Shown here piece by piece: positions 50,640 through 64,000 of a stretch of 64,000 bases of DNA. The notes below the pieces were generated by a model that made no database searches, was not told where the DNA came from, and was given only the letters and a program-made list of their open reading frames with translations. Where the stretch lies: contig CM059425.1 of assembly GCA_030390025.1 (NCBI GenBank), forward strand, positions 178,872,001-178,936,000, given 5' to 3'. Both the position numbers and the translations under genes were made by a program. This stretch comes from Squalus acanthias. Lineage: Eukaryota. How positions within the stretch are numbered: position 1 is the stretch's first letter; each line of letters begins with the position of its first letter.

Positions 50640-51440
50640 TTAAAACAAAATTTGACACCGAGCCACATAAGGAGATATTAGGGCAGAAAAGAGGTAGGTT
50701 TTAAGGAACGTCTTAAAGGAGGAAAGAGAGGTAGAGATGCGGAGAGGTTTAGGGAGGGAATTCCAGAGTTTAGGTACTTGGCAGCTGATGGCACGGCCAC
50801 CAATGGTGGAGTGATTAAAATCGGGGATGCCAGATCAAGAGGCCAGAATTAGAGAAGCACAGATATTTCGGAGAGTTGTAGGAGGAGGTTACAGAGATAG
50901 GGAGGGGCAAGGGCATGGAGGGATTTGAAAACAAGGATGAGAATTTTAAAATCGAGGCGTAGCTTAACCGGGAGCCAATGTAGATCTGCGAGCATTGGGT
51001 GATGGGTGAACGGGACTTGGTGCGAGTTAGGACACGGGCAGCAGACTTTTTGATGACCTCAAGTTTACAGAGGGTAGAACGTGGGAGGCCAGCCAGGAGT
51101 GCATTGAAATAGTCAAGTCGAGAGGTAACAAAGCATGGGTGAGGGTTTCAGCAGTAGATGAGCTGAGGCAGGGGCGGAGTCGGGCGATGTTCCGGAGGTG
51201 GAAATAGGCGGTCTTAGTGATGGCGCAGATACGTGGTCGGAAGCTCATCTCAGGGTCAAATATGACACCAAGGTTGTGAATGGTCTGGTTCAGCCTCATA
51301 CAGTTGCCAGGGAGAGGGATGGAGTCGATGGCTAGGGAATGGAGTTTGTGGTGGGGACTGAAGACAATGACTTCAGTCTTCCCAATATTTAATTGGAGGA
51401 AATTTCTGTTCAGCCAGTACTCAAAGTTGGACAAGCAATT
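50640..51440 (-). mobile_element. L2 LINE 3' part; its tail lies at ~49119-49166, across the CR1
   Basis: FLQLNIGKTE, LGVIFDPEMSF, TAYFHLRNIARLRP. Confidence 0.88.
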
Positions 51441-51442
51441 CA

Positions 51443-51822
51443 AATTCCTATCTCTGTAACCTCCTCCAGCCCTACAACACCTCGCCTCCCCCCACCCCCG
51501 CCCCCCGCCAACAACTCCCCAACCGAGATCACTGCGCTTCTCCAATTCTGGCCTGTTGCGCATCCCCGATTTTCATCACTACAACATTGGCGGCCGTACC
51601 TTCAGCTGCCTAGGCCCTAAGCTCTGGAATTCCCTCCCTAAACCTCTCCGCCTCTCTACCTCTCTCTCCTCCTTTAAGTCGCTCCTTAAAACCTTCCTCT
51701 TTGACCAAGCTTTTGTTCACCTGCCCTAATATCTCTTTATGTGGTTTGGTGTCAAATCCTGTGAAGTGGCTTGGGATGTTTTTACTACATTAAAGGTGCT
51801 ATATAAATGCAAGTTGTTGTTA
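51443..51822 (+). mobile_element. L2 3' end; its upstream part lies at ~49010-49110
   Basis: AAGCTCTGGAATTCCCTCCC...GCTATATAAATGCAAG(TTG)n. Confidence 0.85.
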
Positions 51823-51919
51823 AGTTTATAATTATGAAAGTTGCATCATGAATCTGGTAAAGTGACTTGTGATTCATTTGACCATGTTTGTAAACAGAAA
51901 TGCACCTTGATGCAGCTGA

Positions 51920-52525
51920 TAGCAACAACTTGCATTTATATAGTTCCTTTAACGTAACAAAATATCCCCAAACTCTCCACAAAGGCATAATCAGACAAAA
52001 AAAGACATTAAACCAAAAAAGGAGTTATTAGGAGAGTGATTAAAAGCTTGATCAAAGAGGTGAGTTTATGGAGGGAATTTCACAGTGAGGGGCCCAGACA
52101 GCTGAAGGCAAAGCGAAGGAAGGGGAGGGGTAAACAACAAGTGAGAATTTTAAATTTGAAGCGCTGGGGGACTGGGAGCCAATGTCAGTCAGTTAGGATA
52201 AGGTGAGGGGACTTAATGCAGAATGAGAGACCAGCAGCAGAGCTTTGGATGAGCTGAACTTTACTGAGGATGGAAGATGAGAGGTTAGCCAGGAGAGTTT
52301 TTCAATAGTTGAGTCTGGAGGTGAAATAGGCATGGCTGAGTGTTTCAGTAGCAGATGGGCTGAGGCTGGGGAGGAGGCAGATGGAGGTGGAAGTAAGCGG
52401 TCTTTGTGATGGAGAGGTTATGGGGTTGGAACCTCAGCTCAGGATCAAATAGGAGGCCAAAATTGAAAATAGCCTAGTTCAGCCTCAGACTGTGGCCAGG
52501 GAGGAGATGGAATCAGGATCAAGGG
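51920..52525 (-). mobile_element. Older L2 fragment
   Basis: Tail CAACAACTTGCATTTATATAG; collinear with 50640-51330. Confidence 0.75.
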
Positions 52526-53106
52526 TACAATGACAAGGGGCAAACTTATCCCTCTTCTCTACAGGCTTAACTTAAGTCAGGTGAAATTTTCCTGCAAAAG
52601 CAGAATTCCTGGAACAGAAACTTTGGTTTTCATTTACATACATGTACCATTTTGGGGTGGGTGCATCTTCTGCCACTAGTCAATTCTACTGGAATTTAGC
52701 ATGTATTTTAAAATGGGTTAAGTCTGATATCGGTTTTGTTAGCACCTAATATTTCCAAAATCCAAGTATCTGTTTTATGGCCTAAATTCCAGTCCCTTAC
52801 ACCAGAACTACACCAATTTTGCAACAACAAAAAATCTGAGTTTTGGGACCACAACTTTCTGATTTAGAGGCAAGAATGCTACTAACTGATCCAAGCTGCC
52901 ACAGGTGACTGAAACATCAAAGAGCCATTAAATTACGAGAGAGCCTCAAAATGGTACAAATAAAAATTTCTCCCATTGCATTTTAAATTTTATTACATCA
53001 CATCAGCATTACAGTAATGTAATTAATGCATAGCGTTACATGTAACTAGTTGAGAAGTTGATTTCTTACATGTCTTCCTTACAGTGATTCCCGCCTCAGA
53101 CAAGTT

Positions 53107-53610
53107 GGGGTAGAAATTGATTTGGACCAGTTTTCAGGTGCCAAATGGGCTTAGGCATGATCCCGGTACCTGAAGACGGAGGCACAATGCTTGCAAGAAA
53201 TTGGTCCCCAGGCCTCATTGTAATAAGCTGTGAGCACCAATTGGGCACCCTGAAGCATCTGACCAGTTTGGGCATTCCCAATTTTGGACGCAGAGCCATT
53301 TCACAGGTCAATCCAGGAAGTGGGGGAGGCAAACAGTTAGGGGGTAAAAGCGGGCTGGCAGTGGCCCACACTTCTGCTCTTCCTAGCTCCACATCAAGGT
53401 AAATAAAAACTAAAAAAACTATCATTTTTGCCATGCACTTCATGGTCCCTTTAAAGGCCGCAGTTGAACTGGAAAAGCTAGTGCACAGCGCATGTTCTGC
53501 CTACACTGGACCTTTCGATGCATTTTGAAATTGGGGCAATGCTGCTTTTAGGCAGCCGCTAGTAATGCCTATGAACAGCAAGGACCAATATGGCGGTAGC
53601 TAGGCCGCTG
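53107..53610. mobile_element. Possible Harbinger-type remnant
   Basis: Starts GGGGTAGAAATT, identical to the outer 12 bp of the right TIR of 1154-5247. The other end is unclear. Confidence 0.4.
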
Positions 53611-54608
53611 GCAAAGATTGGATGGGTCCAAGCTGATGTTTATGCTCCACACGAGCCCCCTCCCACCCCTCTTCATCTAACCTTATCAGCAGATACTTCT
53701 ATTCCTTTTTCTCTCATGCGTTTATCTAGCTTCCCCTTAAATGCATCTACTTAACACCTAATATTTCCAAAATACTTTGCTATGGTTGGTATACCATACC
53801 CAATAATCTCATCGAAATTTACTTGTGAAATTTGCTAACTCAGAGGCTAATATGACTATAGCAATATTCACCTATTTTCAGCACTTAAGGCAGATATTTA
53901 TATTTGTTTTTCATTTGCATAGAGGCAACCTTAGTTTGAACATTAGGTTAGGATTTTCATATAAATGACATTTTCAATAAAAATAAAGCTGTATATAAAC
54001 AACAGTGTAGAAATGAATAGGGGGAAAGTACTTTAATCAGATGTGCCTAACAGCATATTTTGCATTTGCAAATAAGTGGATATCGCTGTGTAACAAACTG
54101 TAGAAAATGAGCTCTGTGGTTATTTGACTCTAATGGTATTAACAGTGGAAGTCTTCAGGATCAGACAGTGCACATTGAGCACCTGTGACACCAGCACCTG
54201 AGGAAACTGTGCAAGAAAAATCACATTGACATTAATCAAGGAAAGGAGAAAAAGAACATTGAATCAGTTGGTAAACTTTGACCTAAATGCATATTGGTCA
54301 GGTTATACCTCCCAGATAGATGAAATGGAAAAGAGCCAAGAGTAGCTAAGCACTTACATAAACTAATATAAAGTGAATAAAGTAGTTGGAAAGTACACAA
54401 AGCTAATGAAAAGACATAATGGTAATGTGTTATACAGTAATTTTATATAATGCCTCTGGCCTTTGCAATAGAGTGAAACCTCCATTATCCATAATGCTGT
54501 CACCTACCATCCTGACTATCTGCCAGAATTTTCACATGACAAAGTCTTGCATGAGACATTGGCTCAATGCGCAGCTTGTTTTGTTATTTATATTTCATCT
54601 TTTAGAAA

Positions 54609-57290
54609 ATAGAACATAGAAAAATAGGAGCAGGGATAGGCCATTCGGCCCTTCGAGCCTGCTCCGCCATTCAATATGATCATGGCTGATCCTCCATCTC
54701 AATACCATATTCCCGCTCTCTCCCCATACCCCTTGATGCCTCTTGTGTCTAGAAATCTATCTATCGCCTTCTTAAATAGATTCAGTGACTTGGCCTCCAC
54801 AGCCTTCTGTGGTAGAGAATTCCATAGGTTCACCACCCTCTGAGTGAAGAAATTTCTCCTTATCTCAGTCCTAAATGTCCTATCCCGTATCCTGAGACTG
54901 TGACCCGTCGTTCTCGAGCCCCCAGCGAGGGGAAACATCCTCCCTGCATCCAGTCTGTCTAGCCCTGTCTGAATTTTATACGTTTCAATGAGATCCCCTC
55001 TCATTCTTCTAAACTCTAGTGAATACAGGCCTAGTCGACCCAAAATCTCCTCATACGACAGTCCTGTCATCCCAGGAATCAGTCTGGTGAACCATCGCTG
55101 CACTTCCTCTATGGCAAGTATATCCTTTCTTAGGTAAGGAGACCAAAACTGCACACAGTACTCCAGGTGTGGTCTCACCAAGGCCCTGTACAACTGTAGT
55201 AAGATATCCTTGCTCCTGTACTCAAATCCTCTTGCAATGAAGGCCAACATACCATTTGCTTTCCTAACTGCTTGCTGCATCTGCATGTTTGCTTTCAGTA
55301 ACTGGTGTACAAGGACACCCAGGTCCCTTTGTACATCAGCATTTCCTAATCTATCACCATTTAAATAATACTCTGCCTTTCTGTTTTTCCTACCGAAGTG
55401 GATAACTTCACATTTATCCACGTTATACTGCATCTGCCATGTATTTGCCCACTCACTCAACTTGTCTAAATCGCCTTGAAGCCTCTTTGCATCCTCCTCA
55501 CAACTCACAATCCCACCTAGTTTTGTGTCATCAGCAAACTTGGAAATATTTCATTTGTTTCCCTCATCTAAATCATGATATATATTGTGAATAGCTGGGG
55601 CCAAGCACTGATCCCTGCAGTACCCCACTAGTCACCGCCTGCCACCCCGAAAAAGATCCATTTATTCCTACTCTCTGTTTCCTGTCTGTTAACCAATTTT
55701 CAATCCATGCCAGTATATTACCTCAAATCCCATGTGCTTTAATTTTGCACGCTAACCTCTTATGTGGGACTTTATCAAAGGCCTTCTGAAAATCCAAATA
55801 CACCACATCCACTGGTTCTCCCTTATCTATTCTACTAGTTACATCCTCAAAAAACTCCAGTCGGTTTGTCAAACACGATTTCCCTTTCATAAATCCATGT
55901 TGACTTTGTCTAATCCCGTTGATATTTTCTAAGTGTCCTGTTATCACATCCTTTATAATAGACTCTAGCATTTTCCCTACTACTGATGTTAGGCTAACTG
56001 GTCTGTAGTTCCCGGTTTTCTCTCTCCCTCCTTTTTTAAACAGTGGGGTTACATTTGCCACCCGTCAATCTGCCGGAACTGTTCCATAATCTATAGAATT
56101 TTGGAAGATGACAACCAATGCATCCACTATTTCCATGGCTACCTCTTTTAGTACTCTGGGATGCAGATTATCAGGCCCTGGGGATTTATCAGCTTTCAGT
56201 CCCATTAATTTCTCCAGCACTATTTTTTTACTAATAATAATTTCCTTTAATTCCTCCTTCTCACTAGACCCTTGGTTCCATCGCATTTCTGGAAAGTTAT
56301 TTGTGTCCTCTTCCGTGAAGACAGAGCCAAAGTATTTGTTTAATTGCTCTGTCATTTCCTTATTCCCCATTATAAATTCTCCCGTTTCTGACTGTAAGGG
56401 ACCTACATTTGTCTTCACTAATCTTTTTTTTTACATACTTGTAGAAGCTTTTACAGTCCACTTTTATGTTCCTTGCAAGTTTACTCTCATACTTTGTTTT
56501 TCCCCTTTTAATCAATCTCTTGGTCCTTTTTTGCTGAACTCTAAACTGCTCCCAATCCTCAGGCTTGCTACATTTTCTGGCAACTTTATATGACTCCTCT
56601 TTGGATCTCATACTGTCCTTAATTTCTTTTGTTAGCCTTTTCCTTTTGTGTTTTTGCACCAGAAAGGAATGTATAACTGTTGCAATTCATGCATTCATTC
56701 CTTAAATGTTATCCATTGCCTATCCACCGTCATGCCTTTTAATGAAGCTCCCCAATCTATCATAGCCAACTCACTCCTCATACCATCGTAGTTTCCTTTG
56801 TTTAGATTTAAGACCCTAGTTTCAGATTGGACTTCTTCACTTTCCACCTTAATGAAGAATTCTATCATGTTATGGTCACTCTTCCCTAAAGGACCCCGCA
56901 CAACAAGATTATTAATTAACCCCTTCTCATTGCACAATACCCAATCTAGGACAGCCTGTTCCCTAGTTGGCTCCTCAACGTACTGGTCTAAAAAAACATC
57001 TCGTACACACTCCAGGAATTCATCCTCCACAGTATTATTGCTAATTTGGTTTGGCCAGTCTATATGTAGATTAAAGTCTCCCATGATTGCTGTAGTACCC
57101 TTGTTACATGCATCTCTAATTTCCTGTTTAATGCCATCCCCTGCATTACCACTACTGTTTGGAGGCCTATAGATAACTCCCACCAATGTTTTCTGCCCCT
57201 TGGTGCTTCTTAGCTCCACCCAGACTGATTCTACATCTTGATTTTCTGAGCCAATATCCTTTCTCACTATTGCACTGATTTCATCTTTTA
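54609..57290 (-). mobile_element. CR1/HER1 LINE covering most of ORF2 (APE plus RT), frameshifted
   Basis: [56 protein letters not shown]. Confidence 0.93.
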
Positions 57291-58627
57291 CACTTTTGAG
57301 CTGTATGCAGTTTGGAAGTGTTTGGAGTAAACTCTCTATCCACTGTCACCTCCTTGGAGCAAGCTCTCTCACCACTTACAAATTGCTTCTGTCATCTCAA
57401 CTGCAGCTACCATCTATCCCAGCAACATCGGTGCCCTTGAAAAAATCTCACCTTGCTCCTCTGAATCCCTCCACGATCAGCCCCAACACCAACATCACCA
57501 GGCACACCAACATCACCAACAACAATACCAACCTTCTCCGCAATCACCTGATGCTGCACAGGACACAGGGCATCAGCATCCGACAACATTGCTGCCTGGG
57601 AGGCCAGGGATGGCATCACTATGGCCAGATTTACTTCACTTGATGCTGCACACCCTGGCTGCCACATGATGCGCCAGGTTGACACCACCCCACTCAGACC
57701 ATAAAGCATCCCTACAATGTCCAAGCCATTCCATGCACACGCATCACTGTAGCGGGGATGGGGTGGGGTGGGAGGGGCGGGGTGGGGGTAAGTTATGTCT
57801 CAACATTCACTGGAACTCATGAAGACACTTCCAAAAGGTGAGCACAGATCCTTCCAATAAGGTAAAGTTTTGAAAATACAGAAAATTTACATGAACATTG
57901 CATAAAACACCCAAGTGCCTACCCTTGTGTGTTGTTAGTTGGTATGATTACACTAGGATGAGGGGAGTGTGAGGGGTGGTAGTGAAATGGGGAAGTGATA
58001 ATGTAGATAGAGAGGGATGGGTGGAGGTGCAAGGTAAGTTGGTGTGAGTAAGGATGTGCAGGAGTAGGGTAGGGAAGGCAGAGTGATGGGGATGTGATAA
58101 GTGGCACAGCAGGATGAGGTTGGGTGTGGATTTGCATTAACATTTCATGATCTACTGAGATCAATGAAAGGTTTGCGCCATTGCAGCCAGGTCCTCCTAA
58201 TGACATCCCTGCTTGTGCCCTCCTGAGGAATGTGCAACCAAGCTGCGTTGGTCTCCGCCCTTGGAACCTCCCTGCGTGCTGTGACTCCCTCCATAAGCAT
58301 ATGGAGGGAGTCATGCGGGAGCCTGGGTGCAGCCCTGCACCTTTGTACAGTGCTTGTCAGTGTTTGCAGCACCTCAATGCTGCAGAACACTGACAGCACA
58401 ACTGTCAAAATCAATGTGGCCGTGGTCCCTTTAAGGAAACCGGCTGATGATGCGTCATCAAACGATGTCATCGGACCCGTTTCCTGTTAATTGGCCGGGA
58501 ACCTTGCAGGGCGGGCTTAACAAGCCCCATCAGGGGAAAATCCCCATAGAGCGGCTGGAGCTGGGAGCGGGACCCGCCCACGACCTCTCCCGCCGCGATC
58601 CCGCCTCCGATGGCGAAATCGCAGCCG
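57291..58627 (-). mobile_element. Decayed Harbinger derivative, inverted sibling of 385-6385
   Basis: Myb remnant AAWLHIPQEGTSRDVIRRTWLQWRKPFIDLSRS; end GAAATCGCAGCC (reverse complement GGCTGCGATTTC). Confidence 0.75.
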
Positions 58628-59267
58628 ATGGGTCGAATGGCCTTCTGTGCCGTAAATTTCTATGATTCTATGATCACTTTATCATTTAAATACTTTTGGC
58701 TGCTTTTTGATAGTGGTTCTAATTATATAATTTATTTTTATTTGAATATAAAATGTTATCATTAATTTTCTAAAAATTCGCATTTTTATTTTAATTTATT
58801 CTCTATAAGAAAAATAAAAGTAAAAAGTGTAGAAAGATTTTATTAAAATGAGAGAACATAGGAAATCTTCCCACTATATTTACAATGTCACTAACACAGC
58901 AATCAGGGAAAATAATTGCCAGATAAAAGGAAACGTTGCAAATGGTAGAAATGTGAAATAAAAACAGAAAATACTAGAAATACACATCAGGTCCAGTGGT
59001 AGCACTCTTATCTCTAGAATGTTGTGAGTTCACATCCCACTCCAGAGACTTCCTCACATAATCTTGGCTGATACTTCAGTGCAGTACTGAAGGAATGCTA
59101 CACTGCCAGAGGTGCCATCTTTCAGATGCAACGTTAAAGGAGCACAGTGCACAAAGGCAACAATGTTGCCATTTATGGCTTCTCATGGTGTAAGAATAGC
59201 TACAGCAATGACCAGCGCTAGCCTAGTATTCATATATTATACTATATACTCTGCTGCCCGTGCCTTA

Positions 59268-59748
59268 ACTCCCACTAAGTCCCATCACCCCTGTGCTCGC
59301 TGACCTACATTCGCTCCTGGTTAAGCAATGCCTCGATTTTAAAATTCTCTTCCTTGTTTTCAAATCTCTCCATGGACTCACCCCTCCCTATTTCTGTAAC
59401 TTACTCCAGCCCTACAACCCTCCGAGATCTCTGCGCTCCTCCAATTCTGGCCTCTTGTGCATCTCCAATTTTAATCGCTCCACCATTGGCGGCCGTGCCT
59501 TCAGCTGCCAAGGCCCTAAGCTCTGGAATTCCCTCCTTAAACTTCTCTGTCTCTCTACCTCTCTTTCCTCCTTTAAGACGGACCTGAAACCTACCTCTTT
59601 GACCAAGCTTTTGGTCATCTGCCCTAATATTTCCTTAGGTGGCTCAGTGCCAAATTTTGTTTGATAACACTCCTGTGAAGCACCTTGGAACGTTTTACTA
59701 CGTTAAAGGCGCTATATAAATACAAGTTGTTGTTGTTATTGTTGTTGT
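59268..59748 (+). mobile_element. L2 3' end
   Basis: LADLH.L.VKQCLDFKIL, GGRAFS, PKLWNSL; (TTG)n tail. Confidence 0.88.
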
Positions 59749-60859
59749 AGTGACCAGTGCGGGCCTGGTATTTATATCCTGTAATTGTAAATTACCATAG
59801 AATTTCTTTTTCTGATTTTTTTTTTTTCATTGTTGTCAATAATCCAAAACCCTTTCAACTTCATTTCTATTGTGAACATGCAATAAAGAAGATTCATCTT
59901 AATCACACATCATTCCATAACTTGATTTCTCAGAGTGTATTCATCCAATCAATAAAATACGTTGTCTATTTGTCAGTCAAAGATAATATCATTTCCCAAT
60001 GTATCTGTGCTGAATTTGGTACAAAATGTCGGAGAGTCAATGCACACATACATCTCACAATATTAATGTTTTCTGCTTAAAGGGCTATGACATTGCCTTA
60101 CTAAAAGAGAATACAAATGGTGTACGTACCACGCAAAACTACTATTTCTAAGCGGTAAACGGTTAGCAAAACCACCGTATAAAACTAATACAAATTCTAA
60201 TTAACCACTAAATATTTTCATTTTGCAAAGGCTCTCTGTGGCCCTGTCGAGCACCATTTAAGATGTATATTGGACACATTTCATTACAGGCACTCATGAA
60301 AGCAGCACACCTAATTCACCTTCAGTTATGATGAAAGGTCATCAACCTGAAACGTTAACTCTGTTTCGATCTGCACAGATACTGCCTGACCTGCTGAGTG
60401 TTTCTAACATTTTCTGTTTTTATTTTACACCTACTTAATTTTTTGGTTGCTTTAACATTTTCTCTCTTTTTTACTTCTCCATTGCTGAAGCTGCTCATTC
60501 ACATTGCTGTACCGTTCCATAGGCCCCAACAGCCCTCTGACACCTCATCTAAGTGGTATTTTTCATGTGTGCGCCATGCCCATGGGTATCGTAGTTAATC
60601 TTATCTTCACCTGATGTCAGCTATCATACACTTTCCAATAGGGTCACTGTATAGCGATCAGGAGCGAAACTCTGGCTGAACTTACTGAGATGATTGCTGT
60701 GCTCCAATCTGGTTGAGATCAGCTAACTCAACACAGACCTTAAATCAAAGCAAACCTTTGGGTCTCTATCAGTATTCTTGGTGAATTTGTCAACTGCACC
60801 ACTAGGGGAGTTGAGCAAATTATTAGTTCATTTGAAAGTTTTATCATAGCGCCACATTA

Positions 60860-61609
60860 GTGTCAGCCTTAGTTCAGTGGTATCCCCCTTGCCTTTAAAT
60901 CAGATGGTTGTGGTTCAATTCCCACTCCGCAGACTTGAGCACGATAACCTAGCCTGATGATTCAGTGCAGTACCGAGGGAGTGCTGCCCTGTCAGAGGTA
61001 CTGTCTCTCAGATGAGAAGTTAAACTAAAGCCCTGACTGCCCCCTCAGATGATTGTAAAATATTCCATGGCACTATCTGAAGAAGAAAGGGGAGTTCTCT
61101 TGGTGTCCGTGGAGAATACCAATGACTTTCGGCCTTCGAAAACTGCCGAGCTGCAGCAGAGCACCCGTTTGGCAGCTCGCAGGTTAAATTCAATTGAGGC
61201 CCGAACCTGAAAATGGTTCAGGCCTCCCAAAGATGGCTTTGGGCAGGCACCGCAGAGGCACCACTGATTTTGTGCCCGTTTTGGGCCCAAGTTAAAGATT
61301 AGGGGGTGAAATTCAACTTTGCTGAGGGCACAAAATAGGCAGAAGGAAAATCGGGCAGGGGGTATAACAGGCGGCCTATCCACTATCATTCATTTTGTGC
61401 CCCCACCAAAGTTAAATTGTATTGCCTACCCCTCTATTTGGTCATTATCTCATTGCTCTTCATGGGCCCTTGCTGTGCACAAATTGGCTGCTGTGTCTGC
61501 CTGCATTACAACATTGACACTTCAAAAGTACTTAATTGACTGTGCAGCACTTTAGGACATCCTGAGATTGTGAGAGCTGCTATATTAATGCAAGTTCTTT
61601 CTTCTTTCT
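60860..61609 (+). mobile_element. Deu-domain SINE interrupted at ~61125-61435 by MITE-like DNA
   Basis: Head and core up to ~61120, tail from ~61436. The insert contains the hairpin AACTTTG...GGGCACAAAAT / ATTTTGTGCCC...CAAAGTT. Confidence 0.7.
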
Positions 61610-61946
61610 TTTAATGATACGTGTACAACAGTCTGTGGCCCAAATACTCCTGCACTCCCTGGTCACGATACAAGAGAGTAGCAGTGCTGGTCCCAAATTC
61701 CAGTTCTGCAGAAGGAGATGATATGCATATGAATACCAGGCCGATAGTGGCACCATGGGAGATAGTCTTAGTAATGTAGTAACATCTCCAGGCAGTAGTA
61801 GACAACTTGGTTTATCTAGCCAACTCATCCAATGTGTCCCACAAGATTATCTTAATGCATTTCTATATCTAAAAACCCTAAGTCCTATTTACTGACAGGG
61901 GAACTTGTCTAATCTCTTTTTGAACACCATCATAGTTCTTTGGTCA

Positions 61947-62411
61947 GTGTCAGCTGTGGCTCAGTGGGCAGCACTCTCACCTCTGAGTCAGAAGGTTGTG
62001 GGTTCACAGTCCCACTCCAGAGACTTGAGCACATAAATCTAGGCTGACACTCCAGTGCAGTGCTGAGGGAGTGGTGCACTGTCGGAGGTGCTGTCTTTCG
62101 AAAGAGATGTTAAACCGAGGCCCCGTCTGCTCTCAGGTGGACGTAAAAGATCCCATGGCACTATTTCGAAGAAAAGCAGGGGAATTCTCCATGGTGTCCT
62201 GGCCAATATTTATCCCTCAATCAACATAACAAAAACAGATTATCTGGTCATTATCACATCGCTGTTAGTGGGAGCTTGCTGTGCGCAAATTGGCTGCCGC
62301 GTTTCCACATTCCAACAGTGACTACACTTCAAAAAGTACTAATTGGCTGTAAAGCGCTTTGAGACGTCCGGTAGTCATGAAAGGTGCTATATAAATGCAA
62401 GTCTTTTTTTT
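61947..62411 (+). mobile_element. Deu-domain SINE, full length, inserted in an old CR1
   Basis: Head GTGTCAGCTGTGGCTCAGTGG, Deu core, L2 tail. Confidence 0.9.
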
Positions 62412-62419
62412 GCTCCTCC

Positions 62420-63290
62420 AGACTTCCCAGTATTGTATATCACATGTTTATCGCCCTTTCACTGAAAAAAGACTGCCTGAATTCCATTTTCTTTTTTCAT
62501 CCTTAATTTGAAACAGTGACCCCTTATTCTCGGATTTTATATACAGTAGAAAAAATATCTGAGCTCACATTATCCAAGCCCATCATAATTTTAAATGTTT
62601 TCATCAAATCTTCTTTTTCAATAAGTAAAGTCTCAGGGTAGCTAACCTTTCCTCATTACTTTGTCCCTCTAGTTATTAAACTAATTTAGCAACAGTCCTT
62701 TGCACTCCCTATAATAACCTAATATCCTTTTTAAAATAAGGTGACCAAAACTGCCTGCAGCATTCCAGATGTTGGCTCCCCAATGCTAGATATAATTTTA
62801 GAATGACCTCTCTCGATTTCCATCCCAGCATCCTGTTTGCTTATCTAGCTGCGAAACCACACTGTATCAATGATTAGTGACCTGTCCCCTTCAAATCCCA
62901 AATTCTTTTTCCTGTTGTGACACCTCAAGCACATTGCAATTTATAATCCACACTGTCCTTTCCTCTACTGAATCTCATAACTTTATACTTCTCCATATTA
63001 AATTGCATCTGCCACTTCTTTGCCTAGCAACCTATATTCTCGAGAGCCTTTGGATTTGTGCACATCGTCAATCATTATTTGACACTGTTCCAGCTTAGTG
63101 TCGTCTGCAAATTTGGAAACCTTAGACATGATTCCATCCTCCAAATCATTTACTTTAACTATAAAAAACAATTCCAAGACTGACCCCTGTCCCACACTGC
63201 TAACAACTAGCTGCTAGTCAGGTACCTCACCACGCACCACAACACCTACTCTCTACCTGCCAGCCAATTTCTAATCTAGTGCCATACATT
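62420..63290 (-). mobile_element. Old degraded CR1 fragment
   Basis: GQGSVLE...NDLEDG...SKFADDTKL. Confidence 0.7.
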
Positions 63291-63311
63291 GTAAATTATT
63301 AATTATTTCTT

Positions 63312-64000
63312 ATAAGAACATAAGAACACAAGAAATAGGAGCAGGAGTAGGCCATTTGGCCCCTCGAGCCTGCTCCCCCATTCAATAAGATCAGGGCTGA
63401 TCGTCTATCTCATCTCCACTTTCCTGCACTATCCCCATATCCCTTAATTCCCTTAATATTCAAAAATCTATCGATCTCTGTCTTGAATATACTCAACGAC
63501 TGAGCCTCCACAGCCCTCTGGGGTAGAGAATTCCAATGATTCACCACCCTCCGAGTGAAGAAATTTCTCCTCAGCTCAGTCCTAAATGGCCGACCCCCTT
63601 ATTCTGAGACTGTGACCCCTGGTTCTAGACTCCCCAGCCAGGGGAAACATCCTCCCTGCATCTACCCTGTCAAGCCCTGTAAGAATTTTGTATGTTTCAA
63701 TGAGATCACCTCTCATTCTTCTAAACTCTGTAGCATATAGACCTAGTCTACTCAATCTCTCCTCATAGGACAATCCCCCCAACCTAGGAATCAGTCTGTT
63801 GAACCTTTGTTGCACTCCCTCTATGGCAAGTATATCCTTCCTTAGGTAAGAAGACCAATACTGTACACAATACTCCAGGTGTGGTCTCACCAGGGTCCTA
63901 TATAATCGCAGTAAGACGCTTTTGCTCTTATACTCAAATCCTCTTGTAATAAAGGCCAACATACCATTTGCTTTCCTAATTGCTTGCTGTACCTGCATGT
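63312..64000 (-). mobile_element. CR1/HER1 LINE 3' end, continues beyond the window
   Basis: RPHLEYCVQYWS, RRMRGDLIETYK; (ATAAGAAC)n tail. Confidence 0.92.

Noticed and set aside
54609..57290. Active CR1 ORF2
   Set aside because: Multiple frameshifts and a 5' truncation.

Overview
Eukaryotic, repeat-dense DNA in which I recognise no host protein-coding exon. The repeats (CR1/HER1-type LINEs, L2 LINEs, Deu-domain SINEs resembling SacSINE1, Penelope-like elements, many PIF/Harbinger elements) suggest a cartilaginous fish, which is an inference. Main contents: (1) a near-intact two-gene Harbinger at 1154-5247 with an ATA TSD, an uninterrupted 386-aa DDE transposase, and a convergent 3-exon Myb/SANT-like gene broken only by one extra base in a G10 run; (2) its cognate 892-bp MITE with perfect 16-bp TIRs and a TAA TSD at 32641-33532; (3) a second, decayed full-length Harbinger at 10886-16168 plus several deletion derivatives; (4) an apparently ORF1-less APE-RT LINE whose 5' end is a tRNA-like (AGT anticodon) Pol III head at 29121-33934; (5) Penelope-like insertions with minimal hammerhead ribozyme motifs, including a ~1-kb near-perfect palindrome with one on each strand at 37581-38608; (6) several nested insertions and unexplained direct and inverted duplications. 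All alignments were done by eye, and no database search was run.
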